Origin: Candidatus Omnitrophota bacterium | GTDB taxonomy: Bacteria > Omnitrophota > Gorgyraeia > B26-G9 > JBDRCZ01 | Assembly (NCBI GenBank): GCA_043821285.1 | Contig: JBDRCZ010000019.1 | Location: 2,234 to 66,233 of the forward strand | Reading direction: 5' to 3' | DNA: 64,000 nucleotides | Shown: positions 56,503-64,000 of the stretch, piece after piece | Layout: each line of letters begins with the position of its first letter | Position numbering within the stretch: the stretch's first letter is position 1 | The notes under the pieces: model-generated | Database searches by the model: none | What the model was told of the DNA's origin: nothing | Seen by the model: the letters and a program-made list of their open reading frames with translations, nothing else | Translations under genes and position numbers: made by a program

Positions 56503-57483
56503 CTACTTAAAAATTTCATCTGCTTTTGATAATACTTTCGCCGGGATTTTTATCCCCATAATATCAGCAACTCGTACATTTATAGCCAGGTCCGGGTCCG
56601 TTGGTAAATCTACCGGAATATCCCCGGGCGCCTCTCCTTTTAACACCCGTATAATCATCTCCCCGGTTTTTCGGCCGATATTTTTATAATTACAGTACAC
56701 GCCCATTAATGCCCCGGCTTTTACAAAACTCGGAGAAAATCCGATAAATGGGATCTTATTGCGTAAACTAAATAGCAGGATAAACTGGATAGACTGAGAA
56801 GTAAAGACCGTTGTATCTACCGTTCCCCAGAGAACATCAATCTTTCCATTAAGCGATTCTATGGTTTTAGGCACATCAGCTTTGGAAGAAACCGGCAGCG
56901 CAACCAATTCTAATCCAAGTTTTTCTGCAGCTTCTTTTGCTTCCTTAACCACTCCTGCGGTTTTATCCCGGTCATAGACAACTCCAATTCTTCGTGCCGT
57001 GGGAATAATTGATTTTATCACCGTAAACTGTGTCTCAACGGAAATATTAATACTAACCCCGGTTACATTGTTACCTGGACGTGTCATGCTATTAACTAAA
57101 CCTTCCTCAAGCGGATTAATCACCAGGGAAAATACTACCGGGATATCAGAGATTTCATTTTTAACGATAATACTTGCCTTTGAGCCAAGGGTTAATATTA
57201 AATCGCTTTTTTTATCTTTAATTTTTCGGGCCATCGCCTGTCCCTGCGGCGTACTATCTTCGAAATTATAATAGGTAAAATTAGGCGTGTATCTATTTTT
57301 TTTCAATATCTCGCCAATCCCTTCCACAATACTCTGATAAGCATTAAGTTCCCGATCGATAAAAACAGGTATGTCCACTTCCGCCGCGGCAAGCGGATTT
57401 ATCATGGATAGTAAAAAACAGAGGGAAAATATAAATAACCGTACACTTTTTTTTCTCAGGTTATTTATCTTCAATAAAACCAT
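56503..57483 (-). CDS. ABC_sub_bind (COG2984) family periplasmic binding protein, paralog 2, adjacent to the MCP
   Basis: Start taken at the internal MVLLKINNLRKK with a signal peptide (the ORF track extends to 57657). ILTLGSKASIIVKNEISDIPVVFSLVINP. Confidence 0.65.
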   Translation of the reverse strand: MVLLKINNLRKKSVRLFIFSLCFLLSMINPLAAAEVDIPVFIDRELNAYQSIVEGIGEILKKNRYTPNFTYYNFEDSTPQGQAMARKIKDKKSDLILTLGSKASIIVKNEISDIPVVFSLVINPLEEGLVNSMTRPGNNVTGVSINISVETQFTVIKSIIPTARRIGVVYDRDKTAGVVKEAKEAAEKLGLELVALPVSSKADVPKTIESLNGKIDVLWGTVDTTVFTSQSIQFILLFSLRNKIPFIGFSPSFVKAGALMGVYCNYKNIGRKTGEMIIRVLKGEAPGDIPVDLPTDPDLAINVRVADIMGIKIPAKVLSKADEIFK

Positions 57484-57748
57484 GGTAACCTCATGCGATA
57501 TAATTACCTGCCGCTTTAAAATCCGCAGACATAGCCCTTGGATGTCAGAAAAACCTTTGTGCTGTACATCGTCTCCGTTTGCTGGCTCGGTTTTTAAATA
57601 ATTGCCGCTTATTAGATAATTACTGCCAAATATATTAAGCACAATCGAGTTTCCCACTTTTTCTTCTCCTGTTTTTCTCTTTTATTTGTAAAAACACTGT
57701 TTTACCCGCACACGAAAAAGTCATTGTGTAAACCCGCGGCGCTGCACT

Positions 57749-58675
57749 TTACTCGACAATTTCCGCCTTATCGATAATTGCCTGAGGTATCAATAAATTT
57801 ATTTTCTCCGCAACCTTTAAATTTAAAACTAAATTAACCGTTTGTGGAGACTGGATGCCAATATCAGCCGGTGTCTTTTCCCCGCTTAAAATTTTATTAG
57901 CAATATCTGCGGCCTGTCTGCCTAAATCTTGACAATCAACATCCAAACTGAATAATCCCCCTTTTTTTACAAAGGTTTTAGCCGGACATAGTAACGGTAT
58001 CTCATTACTTAAACTAAAAAACAGCAATCCTTGAAATACCGTGCTATTTACAACAACCGGGTCGGGAATTACCCAAAAGGCATCGATCTTGTCTTGCAAA
58101 TATTTAATCGTTTTAGAAATCTCTGATTTCGACTCCATCTTTACATCAACAATAGTTAGATCTAAAGCCAGCGCTTCTTTTTTAGCTTCCTTAATTATCT
58201 CGGTAGTTCTTTGCGGATCGTATATCACCCCTACTCTTTTAACCTGCGGGGCGATGTTTTTTAAATGTATCAGTTGATATTTAGGTGCTACGTCTAACCT
58301 CACCCCACAGATATTGTCGCCAACTAAACCATACCGGACAGGATTCACGACCATGCTAAAAACAATCGGGATATTTGAGATATTCAGTTTAGCCAGCTGG
58401 GCGGCTTTGCTGCCAAGGGCAAAAATTAGGCGGGGAGACTGAAACCGGATTCGCTCGATGATATTTTTTCCTTTATTTAAATCTCCGTGCAGCCAATATT
58501 CGGTCGTCCGCCCCTCATAAGCATCATTAAATCCTTTAAGCACCAACGGATAAATACTATAATCCTCACCAACAATAACCGCAACATCCGCGGCATCGGC
58601 TTTAATACACCATACCCCCATTAATACCCATACTAAAAATAAACCGACAATTACTGCCCGCTTTTCTTTTCTCAT
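57749..58675 (-). CDS. ABC_sub_bind (COG2984) family periplasmic binding protein, paralog 3
   Basis: Start taken at MRKEKRAVIVGLFLVWVLMG (the ORF track N-terminal extension to 58801 reads through a repeat element). IFALGSKAAQLAKLNISNIPIVFSMVVNP. Confidence 0.65.
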   Translation of the reverse strand: MRKEKRAVIVGLFLVWVLMGVWCIKADAADVAVIVGEDYSIYPLVLKGFNDAYEGRTTEYWLHGDLNKGKNIIERIRFQSPRLIFALGSKAAQLAKLNISNIPIVFSMVVNPVRYGLVGDNICGVRLDVAPKYQLIHLKNIAPQVKRVGVIYDPQRTTEIIKEAKKEALALDLTIVDVKMESKSEISKTIKYLQDKIDAFWVIPDPVVVNSTVFQGLLFFSLSNEIPLLCPAKTFVKKGGLFSLDVDCQDLGRQAADIANKILSGEKTPADIGIQSPQTVNLVLNLKVAEKINLLIPQAIIDKAEIVE

Positions 58676-58777
58676 CTTCACTCCTTTGCACCATTCCGAT
58701 ATTCCATCATCGTCGAAAAACCTTTGCTTCTCATCAAAACGATAATGAATCTCCCGCTCAGCAAGAGAAGGGGTATC

Positions 58778-58930
58778 TTCATACATGGAAAATGCAATCA
58801 TTTTCCGGTCATCCGCCTAGGCGGATGCAAGCGAAATTGTCTTCGCTTCCGCCACGGCGGATCTTCGACAATTTCGCAAAAAACAAAAACCTTTTACCCT
58901 CTAGCTTGCTACCGGGAATACTCAAGTTTA
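58778..58930. repeat. Copy 2 (inverted) of the ~150-bp structured repeat
   Basis: The reverse complement of 23626-23777 at about 90% identity. Its middle hairpin is replaced by a different self-complementary sequence, CATCCGCCtaGGCGGATG. Confidence 0.7.
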
Positions 58931-58967
58931 TCCACGCACAAAACATGTTCTGTATCCGGGATGTTTT

Positions 58968-60926
58968 CTAAAAGGTATAAGTAAAATTAGCCGTAATCCT
59001 TCTTGTTATATCAGCAGTATCTATCGGATAATCATCATACTTATTATCAAAAAGATTCCAAACGGACAATGCTACTTCCGCATTATTATTTAACAGTCTA
59101 AGTTTATAACCCAGGCGCACATTAACAATAAGATAATCGTCTGCTTTCCCTCCGCCGATTGTTCTGCCTTGAAGGGGAGGATTTGCAGAATTGTACCAGG
59201 CATATTCTAACCAGTTTGTAGAACCTCGATAATGGAGAGAAACATTTGCTGAAATTCTATTTGCAAACTGCGCTCTTAGTTGAGCATTAAACATATGTTC
59301 TGGAGTCATCAACAAAAAGTCGCGATCACTAACATCATCCTCCCACATCTTATAATAGGTATAATTAAATACACCACTCAACCAGTCAGTAACCGGATAC
59401 TTTAACTCTATTTCTGCCCCATACTGCATCAGGTTTTCTGCATTTACATAGTCTATTATTTGCGGCGGACCTAAAAATATAGTTCTTTTGGCAATATAAT
59501 CAGCGACCTTAGTATAGAATAGATTAGTCTCTATACTCAATTTTTCAACCCATCCTCGGTAACCAATTTCCAAGGTCTCTGCTTTTTCAGGTTCAAGGGT
59601 TTCATATCCTGTGAGAATATAGGTGCCAGGGATCACATAACTTACATAGCTCTCAACAAAATCAGGATTGCGAAAGGCACTTGAACTGGTAAAACGAAAA
59701 TGATGCTTCTCATTAGGAGAATAAAGAAAGGCTAAGCGGTGAGAATTGGTATCTCCAGTATTGGGGTGGAAATCAAACCGCAGTCCGGTATCAATACTAA
59801 AATTATCAGTAAGTTTATAAACATTATCCGCATATACGCCACTCATGTCGTGTCTGCGTTTACCGCAAAGAACGCTAAGAACTTTAACCTGGCTAACATT
59901 AGCTCCCCACACAAAGATATCGTTCCCAAAAGGCTCAAAAGAATGCTGGAATTCTGCACCCTGCAATTTCATTTGCGACGCAGCGTTCCTCGCCACTCCT
60001 TTAGAGTTACCACTATCCCAATGGTCCTTAAAAGACCAAAAAACACGAGAAATTATATTAGGGTCACGAGAGGTATATGATACTGCGGTAAAGTAATAGT
60101 CAGAATCTGCATAGTCTATCGCACCGGTGCTTTCAGAAAACCCATAACACTCTCGTAGATCCATATAGCTTCCCACAAGATTAACCTTAGAGTTATCATC
60201 AATAATATAATCAACACTGGCATTTGTTCGGGGATATTTGCCTACCGGGTTATCTAAGTAAGCAATAGAACCGGAAAAATTATCCCGATAATCTAACCCC
60301 AAAGAAAGCCGGTAATCTATTTTATTCTCTATTGAGCTTCCATGCAGGTAATTGCCGACAATTGTATTATCTTCTCCGACTGTTAAAGAAACTAACGTCC
60401 CCGGTATATCCTTAAGTTTTTTGGTAATTATATTCACTAATCCGAGCATCGCATTAGCGCCATAAAGAGAAGAACCAGGTCCTCGTAATACCTCTATCCT
60501 TTCAATTTCTTCTAAGGCTATTGGTAACGGATAGTACGCCGGGCGATTATACATATCCCATTGCCAAAGTACTCCGTCAATTAAAAGTAATGTTTTATTT
60601 CCTGGTAATTTTTCAAAACCTCTTATGCCGCCGGCAATCATATAATTAGCTGCGGTGTAGCCTATATGCACGCCTGGGGTCATAATAAATGCTTCACCAA
60701 GTTGTGTTGCCCCTAATTGCTTAATGTCTTCACTGGTTATAACTGATATTGCTGAAGGAGCCTCGACGATCTTCTGTTCCCTTTTTGCGGCAGTAACAAT
60801 TATGTCTTCTCCGTAAATGAGCTCCAACTCCTCAATTTCTATTTCTTGGGCAGCGATTCTTAAAGAAAAAAAAGACAAAATCATCACCAGAGAAAAAACT
60901 ATCTGATAAGACGCTACTTTAGTCAT
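58968..60926 (-). CDS. TonB-dependent outer-membrane receptor
   Basis: 652 aa. A signal peptide, a plug domain with IVTAAKREQKIVEAPSAISVI, and a beta-barrel ending in the terminal aromatic ...NFTYTF. Confidence 0.8.
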   Translation of the reverse strand: MTKVASYQIVFSLVMILSFFSLRIAAQEIEIEELELIYGEDIIVTAAKREQKIVEAPSAISVITSEDIKQLGATQLGEAFIMTPGVHIGYTAANYMIAGGIRGFEKLPGNKTLLLIDGVLWQWDMYNRPAYYPLPIALEEIERIEVLRGPGSSLYGANAMLGLVNIITKKLKDIPGTLVSLTVGEDNTIVGNYLHGSSIENKIDYRLSLGLDYRDNFSGSIAYLDNPVGKYPRTNASVDYIIDDNSKVNLVGSYMDLRECYGFSESTGAIDYADSDYYFTAVSYTSRDPNIISRVFWSFKDHWDSGNSKGVARNAASQMKLQGAEFQHSFEPFGNDIFVWGANVSQVKVLSVLCGKRRHDMSGVYADNVYKLTDNFSIDTGLRFDFHPNTGDTNSHRLAFLYSPNEKHHFRFTSSSAFRNPDFVESYVSYVIPGTYILTGYETLEPEKAETLEIGYRGWVEKLSIETNLFYTKVADYIAKRTIFLGPPQIIDYVNAENLMQYGAEIELKYPVTDWLSGVFNYTYYKMWEDDVSDRDFLLMTPEHMFNAQLRAQFANRISANVSLHYRGSTNWLEYAWYNSANPPLQGRTIGGGKADDYLIVNVRLGYKLRLLNNNAEVALSVWNLFDNKYDDYPIDTADITRRITANFTYTF

Positions 60927-60985
60927 TCTTGTCTCCTGGCAAATATAACCGCATTGTCATATTTGCCGGTAAAATTATCTGAAGC

Positions 60986-62839
60986 TCAAAATTTATAGCT
61001 TGCACTTACTGTTACTCGCCGGCCGATTTCATCGGCTGAGACCAGTCCAAGGTTTGCACCCTCACGGTGTCGCTCCTCAAATAGATTATAGACGGCAATA
61101 GCAAACTCCAGGTTATCTTTGAACAGGTAGGCCACGCGGGTATCTACCGTGGTATAAGCATCAATCCTCACGGGCACGGTTACCGGAAAAATCGATGAAC
61201 CGACGTCATAAAATTTATCTGCGTAATGGATACCCATATTTGCTGACCACCGATCAAACCTGGCGTTAAAACCAAAATTAAGCATATGCGCTGGAGAAAC
61301 ATCCAAATCATCATAGTCTTCTCTATGAATATTTTGATAGGTATAACTAACAAAGCCCGTCAGCCAATGAATAAGTAAAATATCAACCCCTAATTCTGCG
61401 CCCTGTTGATAGGCACTAGCCGCATTGGCATAACTTAATCCGGCGGGTTTAATTATATCTTGATAATCATTATAAAAAAGCGTTGCGTTTAGTTTGACTC
61501 TCTGGAACAAATAAGTATCATAAGCTAACTCATACGTGGTAATCTTTTCTTTTGTTAAAGAAATATTCCCCAGGGAAATAGCGCCCGGCATAATTGCCCC
61601 TTCACTATAAAACTGCAGTAAAGAAGGTATATAATAACCATTAGCAATCGTGAAACGCATGGTCTGGTCACTGCTCAGACCATAGATAATACTTCCCCGG
61701 CCTAAACCAATAAAATCCAACTCCGAAACATATTCTAACCGACCGCCTAACGTAAACATGAGCTGGTCATTGAAGCGATATTCATTTTCCGCGTTAACCG
61801 CGAAATCCTTTAAATCACATTTCTCCTTAACATTTGTATCATTGTTTATTGTCGTCAGATAAACATGCTTCAGATAACCGCCAAAAGTCGTAATATTATT
61901 ATCCCATCTTACGATTTTCAAGACTTCAAACTCATAATTATTATCATCGTAATTAATCGTCTGTGAACTTAAGTAACAATCTTTACAATGACTGTTATAG
62001 AAAAACCGCGCCCACAAATCAGCGGTTTCATAATGCGCGCTAAGATATGTGTTTTCCGGATCACAAATACCGCCAACTACTCTATCGGTATCACCATAAC
62101 GTCCGCTTAAAGATATCGCTGTTTCCTCATCAATATGATAAATCGTTTTCAAGCCATAGTAATCAGTATTAGCATCCCGGTCATCTATGCCTGGCTGCCA
62201 GCGTTTTGCCTCACGATGACCAACAGAAATACTATAATCCCAGTTCTCATGACTACCGCCGTGCAGAAAATTACCGGTTTTCGTATCATATTCACCCATA
62301 GTTATTTTTGTTTCCGTTCCATTTATCTGGTTAGGTGTTTTCGTAACAATATTAATAACCCCGCTAAAGGCATTTCCGCCATAGAATATCGCGCCAGGTC
62401 CTTTAATAATTTCAATGCGTTCTATCTCTTCCAACCCAATCGGCACGGCATCCCAGAAAATTACATTCGCATGGTAAATAAAGATGTTACTGCCATCTAA
62501 GGTAACTAAGACGTGTTGGCTATCAGGAAAACCACGAATACCCACAAAATGGTCCCCTGCTCTAAGCTCTCTCACCTCGATGCCACTTACCTGTCGTAAA
62601 ACATCGGCAATACCTACTGCCCCGGAAGCGATTATTTCATCCGCGGTAATTACCGCGATACTGGATGCAGCCTCACTAATTGGTTGTTCTCTCTTTGCCG
62701 AGGAAAATACGAGCACTTCTCCGCCATAGATCTTTTCTAATTCGGCAATTTCTATTTCTTGCGCAAAAACTCCCCTGGTTAAAAGGACTAACCCCAAGAA
62801 AAAAAGACCGGTTATTCGATATCTTTCTACCTTACTCAT
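60986..62839 (-). CDS. TonB-dependent outer-membrane receptor (paralog)
   Basis: 617 aa. A plug motif region (REQPISEAASSIAVIT) and a C-terminal ...SASYKF. Confidence 0.8.
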   Translation of the reverse strand: MSKVERYRITGLFFLGLVLLTRGVFAQEIEIAELEKIYGGEVLVFSSAKREQPISEAASSIAVITADEIIASGAVGIADVLRQVSGIEVRELRAGDHFVGIRGFPDSQHVLVTLDGSNIFIYHANVIFWDAVPIGLEEIERIEIIKGPGAIFYGGNAFSGVINIVTKTPNQINGTETKITMGEYDTKTGNFLHGGSHENWDYSISVGHREAKRWQPGIDDRDANTDYYGLKTIYHIDEETAISLSGRYGDTDRVVGGICDPENTYLSAHYETADLWARFFYNSHCKDCYLSSQTINYDDNNYEFEVLKIVRWDNNITTFGGYLKHVYLTTINNDTNVKEKCDLKDFAVNAENEYRFNDQLMFTLGGRLEYVSELDFIGLGRGSIIYGLSSDQTMRFTIANGYYIPSLLQFYSEGAIMPGAISLGNISLTKEKITTYELAYDTYLFQRVKLNATLFYNDYQDIIKPAGLSYANAASAYQQGAELGVDILLIHWLTGFVSYTYQNIHREDYDDLDVSPAHMLNFGFNARFDRWSANMGIHYADKFYDVGSSIFPVTVPVRIDAYTTVDTRVAYLFKDNLEFAIAVYNLFEERHREGANLGLVSADEIGRRVTVSASYKF

Positions 62840-63048
62840 TTTTAGCCTCCCATTTTCTTGATATCAAAATTCAATCCGTAAGTTTAGCTAAATAAATGCC
62901 TCGACAACATGTTGCGCGGCATTTTATCCGTTTTTAGCAGCAATATCCCTAATTTTAATTATACAAATATTTTTTCTTTTGTCAACATTATAGTTACAAT
63001 AATTTTATAGTTGATTTCTGATTATATTAGATTTATAATCAAAGCATT

Positions 63049-64000
63049 ATGAAAAAAACCATTTTAACCCTGCTCATAATAATTCTAATCATTCTAATTT
63101 TAGCCCCCTTTTTGGGATATTTGTACATCAACAAAATCCTGCTGCCTAAAAGAATAAAACCGCAATTAATAAAAATCATCCGCGAAACAACCGATGCTAA
63201 TGCCACAATCGATGAAATGTTTCTAACTCCTGCCGGTAATATAATTTTTAAAAATTTTAGGCTCTCTGCGCTTGACTCTGATAAACAAATATTTTTATTT
63301 GGGCAGCTTTTGCTAAAAACGGATTACAAAAGACTATTATTAGTAATTACCCGCAAACACCCGGCTATTTTGCTTAATGCCGGTCTATCCGGGCTAAGAA
63401 TTAATGCCGAGGATTTAGAAGTTAGCGGAGAACTCAATCTCACCGCTAAAATTTCTCCTAACTTTGCTGATTGGACTTCTTCAGATTATGAAGGAATACT
63501 GACTTTAAGTGAATTTGCGATTAAAAATATTCCGAAAATAAATTCGCTTAAAAATATTGGCGGCAAAATTAGTTTTAATAAAAATAAGATTTTATCTGAA
63601 GACCTCCGCGGATTTATTGCCGGTATTATTCCGCTGACCTTAGATATTTCCGTAGAAGACTATTTAAAAGATCCGAACATAACCCTGCAATTAAACACCT
63701 TAGACCTGAACATAGCCTGCAACCTATTAAAAACCCAAAACAATATCCTGCTCAATAAATTAACCGCCCGTTTAGGTGCGAGCATGTTAACTATCCATGG
63801 CACAATTAAAAACATCACTTCGCCAGAGGTTTATCTCACCGCTAATTTAGACGCAAATTTAAATACGCTCAGCGCCCTGCCCCTGGGGCAAGATTACTTA
63901 CAAAATATAAACTTAAGCGGCCAAGTCAAAGCCGAGGGAACGCTCTCCGGCCCCCTAAGTAACCTTGACCAGTTAAAACTTTCTCTCTTATTTTCGTCTT
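63049..64000 (+). CDS. AsmA-family (AsmA/TamB-like) outer-membrane biogenesis protein. N-terminal 317 codons; it continues past the window.
   Basis: My translation from the ATG at 63049: MKKTILTLLIIILIILILAPFLGYLYINKILLPKRIKPQLIKII..., an N-terminal TM followed by repetitive beta-rich segments typical of AsmA-like proteins. No stop lies in the window, so it is absent from the ORF track. Confidence 0.5.
   Translation, partial: MKKTILTLLIIILIILILAPFLGYLYINKILLPKRIKPQLIKIIRETTDANATIDEMFLTPAGNIIFKNFRLSALDSDKQIFLFGQLLLKTDYKRLLLVITRKHPAILLNAGLSGLRINAEDLEVSGELNLTAKISPNFADWTSSDYEGILTLSEFAIKNIPKINSLKNIGGKISFNKNKILSEDLRGFIAGIIPLTLDISVEDYLKDPNITLQLNTLDLNIACNLLKTQNNILLNKLTARLGASMLTIHGTIKNITSPEVYLTANLDANLNTLSALPLGQDYLQNINLSGQVKAEGTLSGPLSNLDQLKLSLLFSS

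Noticed and set aside
1-64000. CRISPR array
   Set aside because: The repeats present are heterogeneous families scattered singly in intergenic regions. No regularly spaced identical direct repeats with unique spacers and no cas genes were seen.

Overview
This is a low-GC bacterial chromosomal segment in which essentially every gene lies on the minus strand; only a 3'-truncated AsmA-like gene at the right edge is on the plus strand. Positions 1-31,200 form one large exopolysaccharide/capsule locus. Its export core is Wza-like, Wzz/PCP and BY-kinase genes. It also carries manC, a nucleotide-sugar dehydrogenase, five GT4 and one GT2 glycosyltransferases, a Wzx flippase, two Wzy/O-antigen-ligase-like proteins, four CE4 polysaccharide deacetylases, two SAM methyltransferases and an epimerase-Gfo/Idh/MocA fusion. 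Embedded at 14.2-23.6 kb is an unusual nine-gene tailoring cassette bracketed by two radical-SAM/SPASM enzymes: APH-like kinase, truncated MTase-like protein, FemAB/CelD-like GNAT x2, PrpF-like isomerase, ATP-grasp ligase and GNAT. A housekeeping block follows: a small MerR/excisionase-type HTH gene, an AT-rich ORF-less stretch ending in a bidirectional terminator, RNase P RNA (not in the ORF track) overlapped by the 3' end of an RNase HI gene, a COG1579 zinc-ribbon protein, tRNA-Val and tRNA-Met, and later an unannotated rpsU. Next come a patatin-like lipase, a Memo-like protein, a TIM-barrel isomerase, an M16 peptidase and a TonB-C protein. A signalling cluster follows: an HD-GYP response regulator, two CheY-like receivers, a sensor kinase, an MCP, an exported alpha/beta-hydrolase-CheR-TPR fusion and three orphan COG2984 substrate-binding proteins, two of them paired with paralogous sensor domains on the kinase and the MCP. 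Two TonB-dependent receptors close the window. The intergenic space is unusually rich in repeat families: a ~120-bp promoter/leader module reused before at least four genes; a ~150-bp structured element in two inverted copies with a compensatory hairpin swap; CCCGCC/GGCGGG hairpins; ATCCGTG direct repeats with 11-bp period; and a TTTGACAGAACC motif shared by the regulator gene and the export genes. No CRISPR array, transposase or integrase was seen.
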